A DNA stretch of 64,000 nt from an uncultured Acidobacteriaceae bacterium (GCA_963712035.1 CAVQGL010000004.1:458-64457); one strand, 5' to 3'; counted from the first letter of the stretch, positions 1 to 9,990 are shown. Numbers and translations are program-made. Notes: generated from the letters alone by a model not told the origin.

Positions 1-284
1 AGCGCGATTACGCGCGGAAGGTGATATTGCGAGGCCATTCTTCGAAGGAAATGCGGGTCCACGAAATCATGACCAGTCCCGTAGTCTTTGTAACTCCGCA
101 GCACACGGTAGACGAATGCATGGCAATCATGAGCGACGGCCGTCTGCGCCATCTCCCGGTGCTCGAAAACGAGCGTGTGATTGGAGTGGTCTCTATCGGT
201 GATCTGGTCAAATGGATCATCTCGGACCAGGCACAAACCATCCAGGAACTGGAACGCTACATCACCGGGACCTACCCGGGGTAA
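1..284 (+). CDS. CBS-domain protein, C-terminal part (5' end lies outside the window)
   Basis: Frame 3 is open from the window edge. [32 protein letters not shown]...[22 protein letters not shown] reads as the second repeat of a CBS pair. Stop TAA at 282-284. Confidence 0.7.
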   Translation, partial: RDYARKVILRGHSSKEMRVHEIMTSPVVFVTPQHTVDECMAIMSDGRLRHLPVLENERVIGVVSIGDLVKWIISDQAQTIQELERYITGTYPG

Positions 285-432
285 CCCAGGCGGTTTTCTG
301 TTGTAATTACTTTCGCGTATTTACGATTCCAAATTGGAACGTCCCTCCCTCTTTAAGCCTTTGCTCTGGTTGTCTTCGAGGACTGCTTGACGTATAAAGG
401 CGGCGGGCTTCTCGACCCTTTGGGGGCAGTTC

Positions 433-3055
433 ATGAAAAAACAGCATTTATCGATCGTCTTCGCAGTCGCTGTGTCGTTGTTTACTGGTAGTCGGCTCTG
501 GTCCCAAGCAGCGCAACCCGAATCGCCCGCCGCATATCTGAATCCCGCACTAACCGTGGACGAGCGGGTCAACGATCTGGTCTCGCGCATGACCTTGGAG
601 GAGAAGGCTTCGCAAGTAGTACACTCCGCGGCGGCAATTCCCCGCCTGAATGTTCCTGCCTACAATTGGTGGACGGAAGCGCTGCATGGCGTCGCCTCCG
701 GCGTAGCCACGGTGTTTCCCGAGCCCATAGGTTTGGCCGCAACCTTCGACGCGCCGCTTGTTCATACCATGGCGATCGCAATTGGAACGGAGGCACGAGC
801 CAAGCATCACGAGGACATTCGCCATGGAAATTATCTCGGCGTTGGGACTGGATTTCTGGGCGCCCAACATTAATATTTTTCGCGATCCGCGCTGGGGACG
901 CGGCCAGGAGACCTATGGCGAAGATCCTTATCTCACCGGGCGCATGGGTGTGGCCTACGTCACGGGCATGCAAGGGGACGACTCCAAATATCTGCGCGTA
1001 ATTTCCACTCCCAAGCACTATGCCGTCCATAGCGGCCCGGAGCCTTTGCGTCACACCATGGACGTGCAAGTCTCCAAGCACGATGAGGAAGATACTTACC
1101 TCTGGGCGTTTCGCGCCGCGGTCACCGAGGGCAAAGCCGGGTCGGTGATGTGCGTTTACAACAGCGTGAATGGCGAACCGGGTTGCGCGAATTCATTTCT
1201 GCTTGAAGACCAACTCCGCGACAAATGGAAGTTTCAAGGATATGTCGTGTCGGATTGCGATGCCGTGCTGGACATCTACCGTGGACATCGCTATGTGAAA
1301 TCGGTAGCGGAAGCGGGAGCCATCTCCATGAAGCGCGGCACGGATCTGGACTGCAACGAGCCGGGCGACGACTACTCCCGTTACGTGGACGCAGTGAAGC
1401 AAGGTTTGATGACGGAGCAAGATCTCGACGTGGCCGTTAAGCGTCTCATGAAGGCCCGTTTTGAGCTGGGCATGTTTGATCCGCCGGAGACGGTGAGCTA
1501 CGCGCAGATTCCGTTCAGCGAAAACGACAGCGAAGCCCATCGACTACTCGCTCTACAGGCGGCGAGAGAGAGCATGGTTCTGTTGAAGAATGACGGGGTA
1601 TTGCCGCTGAAGCGCGAAATTAAAAAGATTGCGGTGATCGGCCCGCTGGCCGACCAGATCGACGTGCTGCAGGGTAATTACAACGGCTCGCCGTCGCGGG
1701 CGACTTCCGCCCTGGACGGCATCCGCAGGCAATTCGCGGGGGCTAAGGTGACTTTCGCGCCCGGAACATTCTTCCTCCACAGAAGCGATCCGGTTCCCGC
1801 TTCGGCTCTGACCACGGAAAATGGCAAGCCGGGGCTAAACGCTGAATACTTTCAGGGCAGAGAGCTGAAGGGCTCACCAGTTTTGACCCAAGTGGACCCG
1901 CAGGTGGACTTCGTCTTTACCGGCAGAAATCCGGCACCAGGATTGGGCCCGGAGAATTTCTCTGTACGATGGAGCGGATTCCTAAAACCAAGAGTTTCGG
2001 GAACCTTTCAACTGGGAGCGCAGGGTGATGACGGTTGCCGTTTGTGGTTTGAAGGCAAGCTGATCATTGATCGCTGGAGCAATTGCGGGAGCTCGACGGT
2101 CGAACTACCCATGGAGAAGGGCCACCAGTACGCCGTGAAGTTGGAATACTATCAGGGCGGAGGAGCGGCGAATATCCGCTTGATGTGGAGAGCTCCGCAG
2201 GCTGATCCGCTCAAGATAGCTCTGGCAGCCGCAAAAGGCGCAGACGTCATAGTCGCGGTCGTCGGCATTACATCGGAATTGGAAGGTGAGGAGATGCCCG
2301 TGAATCTTCCCGGATTCAAGGGCGGCGACCGCACCAGCCTGGATCTTCCCAAAGAGGAAGATGCCTTGCTGAAGGCGCTCAAGGGCACCGGAAAGCCTTT
2401 GATCGTTGTTCTGATGAACGGTAGCGCGCTTGCAGTGAACTGGGCCAACGAAAATGCCAACGCGATACTCGATGCATGGTATTCGGGTGAAGAAGGAGGG
2501 AGGGCCATCGCTGAAACCCTGGCCGGAGTCAACAATCCCGCTGGACGTTTGCCCGTGACCTTTTATACGGGCATCGACCAACTGCCACCGTTCGAGGATT
2601 ATGCCATGAAGAACCGGACCTATCGTTATTTCACCGGTGTTCCCCTTTATGCGTTTGGTTATGGACTTAGCTACTCGACGTTCGCCTACAGCAATTTGAA
2701 ACTCTCTTCCCCTACGCTCAATGCCGGAAGTTCGCTTGAAGTCGATGCGGATGTGCAGAATACCGGCCAGCGCGAAGGGGATGAAGTGGCGGAATTGTAT
2801 CTGACCCCTCCGCAAATGCCGGGTGCGCCGATTCGCGCTCTGCGGGCCTTCACCCGCGTGCATGTAACGGCGGGCGGGATACAACACCTGCACTTCACCC
2901 TTAGCCCGCGGGACCTGAGTACGGTAAGCGAATCCGGCGATCGGGGCATAGCGGCGGGTGAGTATCGCATCAGCGTGGGGGGCGGCCAACCGGGAAGCGC
3001 TCCGGTTGCGGAGTCGAGTTTCACCATCCGGGGAGAGCAACGGCTGCCCGAATAA
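433..3055 (+). pseudogene. Glycoside hydrolase family 3 (beta-glucosidase/beta-xylosidase type) with inserted PA14 domain; split by one frameshift as sequenced
   Basis: N-terminal signal peptide plus LTLEEKASQV...YNWWTEALHG lie in frame 1 (433-873). FWAPNINIFRDPRWGRGQETYGEDPYL and the rest lie in frame 2 (758-3055). The frame change falls around 835-850. The PA14-like block is NAEYFQGRELKG...FSVRWSGFL...GDDGCRLWFEGKLIIDRW...YYQGGGAANIRLMW. Confidence 0.85.
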
Positions 3056-3102
3056 GCGGACTCTCGGGTTACAATCTTCCAGGAATTCTATCTGGAGGAA
3101 GC

Positions 3103-3465
3103 ATGAAGAAAGTGGTAGCTGGCCTTTGCGGATTTCTGATTAGTGCGAGTGTTCTCTGTGCAGCGCCGAAAGAGAAATACCAGACCTTCAACGGCGAAAT
3201 CACCGACAGCATGTGCGCCCAAGCCGGATCGCACGATGCCATGATGAAAAAAGAAGGGGCCAAAGACGCCAACGATTGTGCCGACAAGTGCGTCAGGGCG
3301 GGCGCGAAATACGTGCTGGTTGATCCTGCCACCAAGATGGTTTACCAGCTCGACGATCAGGTGAATGCCTACGAATTCGCCGGCTATAAGGTCGCGGTCA
3401 CGGGCAAATACAACCCCGCCAACAAGACGATTTGGGTTCATGACATCGAAGTGACTTCCTGGTAG
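3103..3465 (+). CDS. Small secreted Cys-containing hypothetical protein
   Basis: ATG preceded by GGAGGAAGC. Signal peptide MKKVVAGLCGFLISASVLCAAP. 120 aa with no recognisable family. Confidence 0.6.
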   Translation: MKKVVAGLCGFLISASVLCAAPKEKYQTFNGEITDSMCAQAGSHDAMMKKEGAKDANDCADKCVRAGAKYVLVDPATKMVYQLDDQVNAYEFAGYKVAVTGKYNPANKTIWVHDIEVTSW

Positions 3466-3539
3466 GTTCCTCTACGATTGGCTATCAGGGCCGGCCGCTT
3501 AGAGGACTTTTTCATGCATGCCGCCGATCTCCCTGCGGG

Positions 3540-4484
3540 ATGGCACGAAGGTGGTATTTGGAGCTTTCGCGGTCTGGGTGTATGCTCGTGTCCACTTCGC
3601 GGGGCGCTCGTGTTTGCACGGAATTCTTCGGCACCAACTTAGGCACTTGCACGATAAAGTCGCCTACCGGGCAAAATGAAGCCATTGCTGAGACCAGGTG
3701 TTCTTCCAGGAGTGGAGCTGTGGAGAAAACGCAATGGTGGGGACCGAGCCCTGTTCTGCGAGTCGCCCTGATAACGCTGACGCTGGCGACTGCGGCAGCG
3801 GCGCAGAAAGCACTTCCCGACGCGCCGTCCTCCTCCCAGCCTAGATCCGGTGGCGACGCAGGCAAGCAAAACTCTCCCCAGGAAACCAATCCTACGAACG
3901 ACCGCATTCTGTGGACTCTTCCCAATTACCTCACCGTGGAAAATGCGGACCATGTTGCGCCGCTCACGGTAAAAGGAAAATTCAAGATCACCGCGAAGGA
4001 TTGTTTTGATCCGGTCGAGTTCCCTTTCACTGCGATCCTGGCTGGTATTGGCCAAGCGCAAGATAGCGAACCATCCTATGGGCAGGGCCTCAAAGGATAC
4101 GGCAAGCGTTTCGCCATGTCATTCGCCGACAATACGCTGGGCAACTTCGTTACCGAGGCAGTCTTCCCGTCCATGTTGCACCAGGACCCACGATACTTCC
4201 GCATGGGCGAAGGCGGCTTCTTGCGGCGCACCGGATACGTTCTCAGCCGCCTGGTGGTCACGCGGAGCGATTCCGGCGCAAGCCAATTTAATTTCTCCGA
4301 GATTGGCGGGAATGCAGTAGCCTCTGAACTCTCGTTGGCTTACCATCCTGTAGCCGAACGACACCTTTCGAACGCTCTGGATGTCTGGGGCACACAGATC
4401 GTTTGGGACGGAATCGCCAGCGAATTGAAAGAGTTTTGGCCGGACATGCACCGCAGGCTGAGCCACAAGAAAGATCTGCAGTAG
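3540..4484 (+). CDS. Hypothetical secreted/membrane protein (start uncertain)
   Basis: Long ORF with an internal signal-like stretch VLRVALITLTLATAAAAQ. The C-terminal 200 aa look globular (FDPVEFPF..., HQDPRYFRMGEGG). The true start may lie downstream of 3540. Confidence 0.5.
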   Translation: MARRWYLELSRSGCMLVSTSRGARVCTEFFGTNLGTCTIKSPTGQNEAIAETRCSSRSGAVEKTQWWGPSPVLRVALITLTLATAAAAQKALPDAPSSSQPRSGGDAGKQNSPQETNPTNDRILWTLPNYLTVENADHVAPLTVKGKFKITAKDCFDPVEFPFTAILAGIGQAQDSEPSYGQGLKGYGKRFAMSFADNTLGNFVTEAVFPSMLHQDPRYFRMGEGGFLRRTGYVLSRLVVTRSDSGASQFNFSEIGGNAVASELSLAYHPVAERHLSNALDVWGTQIVWDGIASELKEFWPDMHRRLSHKKDLQ

Positions 4485-4550
4485 AGCGGGACAACCCACC
4501 TTGGCCAAACCATCATCGAAGTTCGGTCGTATGACAGGAGAAAACTGAAG

Positions 4551-4868
4551 ATGAAAGAGTTCCAAAAGCTATTGCGGCTCACTGGTGCATTTCTCGCTAC
4601 CGTCGCTTTGGGTGGTCTATTGGTATCGGCTTCGGTTCCCATGGCGCGAGCGGATGACGACCATGACAAATGCCGTCACCGCATCGAGAAAGCACAGCAT
4701 CGGCTTGACGACGCGGTTCGCAAACACGGGGAGAACAGCCCTGAGGCCGACCGTTATCGCCATGCCTTGAACGATGAACGAGAACATTGCTGGAGCGTGT
4801 ACCACGGGTATTGGAGCACGCAAGATAACCGGTGGCACGATCAGCATGATTGGGATGACCATCACTGA
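4551..4868 (+). CDS. Small secreted His/Asp-rich hypothetical protein
   Basis: Signal peptide ...LLVSASVPMARA, then a charged His/Asp-rich body ending DQHDWDDHH. An intrinsic terminator follows. Confidence 0.55.
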   Translation: MKEFQKLLRLTGAFLATVALGGLLVSASVPMARADDDHDKCRHRIEKAQHRLDDAVRKHGENSPEADRYRHALNDEREHCWSVYHGYWSTQDNRWHDQHDWDDHH

Positions 4869-4896
4869 AGCTCTGCTCTGAAATCGAAAGTCAAGT

Positions 4897-4929
4897 CCCT
4901 GAGCCCGCGGGCTCAGGGATTTTTGTTTG
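4897..4929 (+). terminator. Rho-independent terminator
   Basis: CCCTGAGCC-cgcg-GGCTCAGGG (9-bp stem) followed by ATTTTTGTTTG. Confidence 0.7.
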
Positions 4930-5031
4930 TGAAGAGCGCCTGGCGAGGCGAAATGCAATCAAATGCGCTTGCGCTTTGGGTAATGGTGCCGTTTGGTCTC
5001 CGCGGGTAAGGCGATTGGCACTTGGGTTGCT

Positions 5032-6018
5032 TCAGCGTTTTGAGCCGACGCTAAGACTAATCTTGTTGTCTTTGGGATTGTTAGGATTCTCCATCTCTTC
5101 TTTCGCTTCCAACCCCTCGGCCTGCAATGCGAGTGTCAGATCCTTCGCAGCCTTTAGGGTTGGCTCATCGGCATTCGGATGGACATCTATTTTGAAGCCA
5201 ACGACGCCACCCATCAAGCCTCTCCAGGCAGTCATCGGTAGGAACTTCCATTTCGCCATCTGTAATGCGAGATGGACACGATTGGCGATTCCTACAGATT
5301 CTGGCGAGTCCCAATACGCTGTTACGTCGTATTCTTGGCCTGCATATTCCGCTAGTTTCCCCCTAATCGACTCCAATTGGGCATCGCTAAGAATTCGGTC
5401 GGCTAGTTGTTCTTTCAGTTGTAATTCCTCTTTTTCGGTATCAGCCACTCTCTGCAAGGCGTCTGCAAGGTTGTTCTCAGCCTTTGCTGCTTTCTCTTCG
5501 GCACTCACAGCTTTTTCCTTCGCAGACTTAATATCTTTCTCGAAAGAATCCGCCTCTGTGTGCGCTCCACGAGCGAGATTTAATGCACTAGATGAAGCCG
5601 CCTGTGCGCCCTTGGCTTCGCTCTCAGCTTTCCCGAGCGAATATTCCGCTTTGCCAGCTTTCGTCAGAGCGTCTTTCGACTGCGACAATGCAGTTGAGGA
5701 GTTCGTCACTGCCTTATCCGCGTTGCCGTCCGCTTCCTTTACCTTTGCGTCCAGCGAACCGATTGTTTGCTCTGATAGTGTGTCGTTTCTCTGCCCGTAT
5801 GGATACGCCCCAATCTCAGCAAGCACGGCCACAGCAAAGAAACAGAGGCCGATCTTCTCAAGCAGTGTCTTCCTGCTCTCTCCTTTTGAGAGATGGGCGA
5901 GAACGTCAAAGAGTACAAGCAACGCAAAGAATACGAGCGCGACAGCCTCTAGATCGCTATGGGCGCGTCTGACCGATTCAAGCGAATTCCAATCTGGAAT
6001 CAACATTGCAAAATGCAT
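5032..6018 (-). CDS. Membrane-anchored coiled-coil protein, orphan (start 6018, 6006 or 6156)
   Basis: Two hydrophobic helices (AVALVFFALLVLFDVLAHL, IGLCFFAVAVLAEIGAY). Then about 170 aa of K/E/A-rich heptad sequence, then a C-terminal globular domain (YDVTAYWDSPES...GGVVGFKIDVHP). GC is lower than the flanks. Confidence 0.55.
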   Translation of the reverse strand: MHFAMLIPDWNSLESVRRAHSDLEAVALVFFALLVLFDVLAHLSKGESRKTLLEKIGLCFFAVAVLAEIGAYPYGQRNDTLSEQTIGSLDAKVKEADGNADKAVTNSSTALSQSKDALTKAGKAEYSLGKAESEAKGAQAASSSALNLARGAHTEADSFEKDIKSAKEKAVSAEEKAAKAENNLADALQRVADTEKEELQLKEQLADRILSDAQLESIRGKLAEYAGQEYDVTAYWDSPESVGIANRVHLALQMAKWKFLPMTAWRGLMGGVVGFKIDVHPNADEPTLKAAKDLTLALQAEGLEAKEEMENPNNPKDNKISLSVGSKR

Positions 6019-6174
6019 ACTCTTCACACTTGCGCTTATGGGGACGTTCGCATGCCGTCTTCTTCGCTGTCGGAACAAAATGGGCGAATACAAGAGGATT
6101 CGCGCCGTAATCCTAGCACTCAGGGAAGGCGAACTGTGGATTTCAAACGGCACCATTACCGCACTTTTGTGCGG

Positions 6175-6204
6175 TTGACTTTGGCAAGCCCTCCGTACTA
6201 GTGT
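6175..6204 (+). promoter_or_regulatory. Candidate sigma70-type promoter
   Basis: TTGACT (6175-6180), 18-nt spacer, TAGTGT (6199-6204). It sits about 30 nt upstream of a strong SD and small ORF. Confidence 0.35.
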
Positions 6205-6232
6205 GAAGTTACACCGGAAAGGAGGTGGTCCG

Positions 6233-6301
6233 ATGACAAGTTCTGATAGTCATTGTTGTAGCCGTAGCAGTAAAAGACCAGGTGAGGTGGCTGAGACTTA
6301 G
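6233..6301 (+). CDS. Candidate 22-codon small ORF (MTSSDSHCCSRSSKRPGEVAET)
   Basis: AAGGAGGTG lies 7 nt upstream of the ATG at 6233; stop TAG at 6299-6301. No homology can be judged by eye. Confidence 0.25.
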   Translation: MTSSDSHCCSRSSKRPGEVAET

Positions 6302-6470
6302 GGCGGTTGCTCTGGTTTCGGTGCATACGGCGCGTCCGGTCTTGATGCGCAGGTGCAAATACCATCGCACGACTAACGGTGAGTTGGGATTGATCCACCC
6401 AGCCGGGCATCTCTTGGCTGGGTCCCGAAGGTTGCCGAAGGGGCCACGCAGAGTGACCACCTCTTGGTCA
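6276..6470 (+). ncRNA. Candidate structured RNA domain (unclassified)
   Basis: Closing helix GACCA/TGGTC (6276-6280 with 6465-6469) plus GAGGTGG/CCACCTC (6284-6290 with 6457-6463). Internal hairpin CCCAGCC...GGCTGGG (6398-6404 with 6416-6422). A terminator follows immediately. Confidence 0.3.
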
Positions 6471-6491
6471 ATCTAAGCAGTCCACCGGATG

Positions 6492-6526
6492 GCCCGCGTG
6501 CCTAAGCACGCGGGCTATTCTGTTTT
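6492..6526 (+). terminator. Intrinsic terminator (may also serve the convergent NUDIX gene)
   Basis: GCCCGCGTGC-ctaa-GCACGCGGGC (10-bp stem) followed by TATTCTGTTTT. Confidence 0.65.
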
Positions 6527-6535
6527 CGGAGGAAG

Positions 6536-6967
6536 CTACCTCGCCGCCCTCTCAAACCCTAGGCGGATGACCTCGGCCGTATCCTCGGGCAGGTGAAGCT
6601 GTTTTACTTCTTCTGGAGAGAACCAGCGAACTTCGTCCGCATCCCCAGCCGCGCAAAGATCTCCGGCAACCCGGCGGCACAAAAAATCCACCAGCAGAAA
6701 GTGATAACGGACCTTGCCCTCTTCGTCGCGCAGCAAACGATCATAGATGCCGAGCAATTCTTGAACTTCGACCGTCAATCCTGTTTCTTCGCAAGCTTCT
6801 CTCGCCGTAGCCTCGCGCACGGTCTCCCCAACTTCCATGGCGCCGCCGGGGATGGACCATTCCCCAAGCAGCGGTGGATGGCCTCGCTTTACCAGGGAAA
6901 CCCGGCCGTCCTCGATGACAATTGCGCCAACGCCGATGAGCGGGGTATCGGGATATTCGCGTTTCAT
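6536..6967 (-). CDS. NUDIX hydrolase
   Basis: Nudix box [24 protein letters not shown] (GX5EX7REUXEEXGU) in a 143-aa protein. Confidence 0.9.
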   Translation of the reverse strand: MKREYPDTPLIGVGAIVIEDGRVSLVKRGHPPLLGEWSIPGGAMEVGETVREATAREACEETGLTVEVQELLGIYDRLLRDEEGKVRYHFLLVDFLCRRVAGDLCAAGDADEVRWFSPEEVKQLHLPEDTAEVIRLGFERAAR

Positions 6968-7074
6968 GGTTCGCAGTGCTGCGCGATTTTAGCGGAAAAT
7001 CACAGCGTTGACATCTACAATGCTGTGCGCATCTGTACATTGCGTAACCTTCCATCTGTCGTAGAAAAACGCTT

Positions 7075-8930
7075 ATGGCCCTCGAAGAATACAAACGCAA
7101 GCGGCGATTTGAGGAAACTCCGGAGCCTCCGCCAAAAGTCGAGAAAAGAAATCCGGCCACCGCTTTGTGGTGCAGAAGACATCGACGCCACCCGCCTGCA
7201 TTACGACTTCCGCTTGGAGATGGAAGGAGTGCTGAAGTCGTGGGCGGTGCCGAAGGGGCCGTCGCTCGACCCCGCCGACAAGCGGTTGGCCATGCAGGTG
7301 GAGGATCATCCGGTATCGTACTTCGATTTCGAAGGGCACCATTCCCGAAGGCAACTACGGAGCGGGCACCGTCATGGTATGGGACGTGGGCACATGGGAG
7401 CCGCTGTCGCCTGAGCCGGTGAATGGCAAATTCGTTCCCGGGACCGATGCCGAAGCCGCTGCGATGTTGAAGAAAGGAGATTTCAAAATTCGCCTGCATG
7501 GCAAGCGCCTGAACGGCGATTTCGCCCTGATTCACATGAAAGCACGCCGGCCCGGGAAGCAAAGGCACAGAGTGGCTGCTGATTAAGAAACAGGACGATG
7601 CAGTCGGTCAAAGGCTATGACATCGATCAATACGACTCGTCCGTCCTGACCGGCCGCAGCATGGCGCAGATCGGTGGCGACGAGAAATCGGCCGAGTGGA
7701 ACAGCAGCCGGCCAGCCTCGCGGGGAAAGCTAAAGGCCCCGTGGCTGGCGGACGCGTTGGCCAAAGCTGAAAGAAAAAATCAAAGTCCCAATCCTTGACC
7801 GCAAAGAACGCGGAGGACAACGAAAGGGCAAAGCACAAAGGAAACCAAGACGGCGCAACGAAATCGTCGGCCGTCACTGCGAATCATCGATCGAGATCTC
7901 CGTCCCTCTGCTGCCCTCCGTCGGTTACAATTTGACGGGCGCCGTTCGCAAGCCAATGCCCACGGTCATCCATCCGATGTTGGCGACGCCCATCGAGAGG
8001 CCGTTTGACGATCCCGAATGGCTGTACGAAATCAAATGGGATGGCTATCGCGCCATTTCATTTATCGAAGATAAATCGGTAAGCTGGTTTCCCGCACGCA
8101 AAACGATCTCACCGGAAGGTTCCCCGAACTCCATGATCTTCCGAAGTTTGTCGGCGCCAAAACCGCGAATTCTCGATGGTGAGGTCGTGGCACTCGACGA
8201 GAACGGGCGCGCCTCTTTCAGCTTGATGCAGCAGCGAACCGGCATTCGCAAAGCCGGAAGACAAGGCTCCCACGGATCGAAAAACATCACGTCCTCTATT
8301 ATGCTTTCGATCTTCTCTATATCGACGGCTACGATCTGCGCCGCGGCCGCTTGGAGGAGCGCAAGCGGGTACTGCGCAAGAAATTGAAGACGGCGAGGCC
8401 CGCTGCGGTTTTCCGATCATTTCGATCAAGGGATTTCTTTCTTTGAAGCCGCCGGGCAAAAAGGACTGGAAGGCATTCTCGCCAAGAGAAGAGCAAGCCA
8501 CTATCATCGAAGGACGCAGCCGGGAATGGCTGAAAATCAAGATCACGCAGACCATCGATTGCGTGATTGGCGGCTACACCGATCCCGAAGGCAGCCGCGA
8601 ACACTTTGGCGCGATTGTGTTGGGATTGTATGACAAAAAAAAGCGCCTGATCCACGTGGGACAAGCTGGCACGGGATTTGATCAGGCCAAGCTGCGGGAA
8701 CTGGCAAGTTATTCAAGCCGATGGAGACCAACAAAAATCCCTTTTATGGCCACGTAGAGGCCAAGCACGTGCACTGGCTCAAACCGGAACTCGTGGCCGA
8801 GATCAAGTTTACCGAATGGACCCACGAAACCGCGGAAGGAGGGGTGAAGCTGCGCGCCCCAGTGTTCCTCGCCTTGAGAGACGACAAAAAGCCGGAGGAG
8901 TGTACGTTTGCGGAGCAGAGTTCGGGCTAG
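7075..8930 (+). pseudogene. ligD: ATP-dependent DNA ligase LigD (3'-phosphoesterase + ligase/OB domains, no polymerase domain), at least 10 frame changes as sequenced
   Basis: PE domain pieces: [72 protein letters not shown]. Ligase pieces: HPMLATPIERPFDDPEWLYEIKWDGYRA, ILDGEVVALDENGRASF, YYAFDLLYIDGYDLR, GLEGILAKR, EWLKIKITQTIDCVIGGYTDPEG, WLKPELVAEIKFTEWT. These are spread over all three plus frames. Confidence 0.85.
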
Positions 8931-8949
8931 GCCTTCTCACTAGATTGAA

Positions 8950-8974
8950 GAATCCTTCGCTTCTCTCAGGACGA
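8950..8974 (-). repeat. Short intergenic repeat, compact copy of the GTCATCCTGAGC...CGAAGGATCC family
   Basis: The minus strand reads TCGTCCTGAGAGAAGCGAAGGATTC. It lies just downstream of the ligD stop. Confidence 0.5.
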
Positions 8975-8992
8975 TAAGCAGGTCCCAGCCCC

Positions 8993-9990
8993 TCACTTGA
9001 TATTCTTCATCTGTAGCATGGTGCCGTAATCCCGGCCGGAAGGCTCGACGGCGCGCGCGATCACGCCGTCAAAACTGTCGCGGAGTTCAGGATACTTCGC
9101 GAGCAGAGCTTTCATCACTGTCAGATTGTCCTGGTACGTGGCCGCCGAATTGGCAACGCTAGCGGCATCGTATTTCGCGACCAGATCCAAGTCAGTCCCC
9201 ACGGCGAGGGGAAAGAGCGCGGTCAACTTGAAATCTTTGCCGTTTCCGCTCAACTGCGCGGGAGGCAGATCCGCGGGTTTCATGGTTTGCGCTTCATCGT
9301 AGAGTTTGTCCGTCACCATCGTGCTCATGAAAGGGACGGGCACCAAAAGCTCGCGCGCTTCCTGAAAGTAAAACCAGGCAGCATGATTCTGTCCCTTCGC
9401 TTTCAGTTCCCGAGCGCGAGTCGGCAAACCAATTGCCGTCATGGCCCCCAGCTTGTGCCGATTTGATGTAGAGTCCGCCAAGTTTCCATGCGTTGCCCTG
9501 CTGCTCAAGAACATAAGAAACCGTATAGGGCGCCTTGGCCGCGTTCACGTCTTGCGTGACAAAGCCATAATTGCCCGGCGGCAGGTTGGGAATGACAAAG
9601 ATGCGGCTGTCGGCTGTCTGGCCATGGGCGCCAAAGACACCGCACAAAAACTCGGCGCGTTCCAGCGGCGCGCTGCCTTCCGCCTGCAACAGAAATGGCG
9701 GCCGGGCTATCGGTTTCGCGGAGGATAGATCGCTCTGATTGTCCTTGATGGCAGTTTCGATATCTGAAAAATTGGCGGCCACGCTGGCAATGGCATTTTG
9801 CCGCAAGGCCGCCGAGTCGCCGTGAGCGATGCTGTCGAAATAGCTTTGCGCCGTGTTCAGCAGAGCTGTTTTCGTCGCCTCGTCCATATCGCCGGCGGTC
9901 AGACAGGTTTGTGCCGCGAAGGCTCGTGAGCGCGAGCAACAACAACGAAGCCAGCACCAGCACTTCGCGAAAGCATCCGCGTTGTGGCAC
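8993..9990 (-). pseudogene. Secreted hypothetical protein, two frame changes as sequenced
   Basis: The signal peptide (VLVLASLLLLALTSL) is in one frame. The body AQTCLTAGDMDEATK...GGLYIKSAQAGGHDGNWFA is in a second. The C-terminal part ARELKAKGQNHAAWFYFQEAREL...MLQMKNIK is in a third. Shifts are near 9910 and 9425. Confidence 0.5.

Noticed and set aside
2105-3040. Long antisense and alternative-frame ORFs inside GH3, and the same pattern inside thiC, the M28 peptidase, pyrG, kdsA, ADOP and the 987-aa gene
   Set aside because: These are shadow ORFs expected in about 60% GC DNA. They have Arg/Gly/Pro-rich compositions and overlap genes with clear family motifs.
4976-6178. 400-aa plus-strand ORF overlapping the coiled-coil gene
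   Set aside because: Ser/Ala/Phe-rich low-complexity translation is typical of the antisense of a K/E/A-rich coiled coil. The minus-strand product has TM helices and domain-like structure.
6180-6530. Possible tmRNA, RNase P, SRP/4.5S, 6S or common riboswitch identity for the structured intergenic region
   Set aside because: I found no tRNA-like acceptor/T-arm with a CCA end and no GGAAAGTCCGGGC/ACAGAA RNase P cores. SRP domain IV, B12 box, THI box and GEMM cores were also absent. It is kept as an unclassified candidate.
8655-8670. TGGCACGGGATTTGA sigma54-like string
   Set aside because: It lies inside the LigD coding sequence and lacks the TTGC -12 element.
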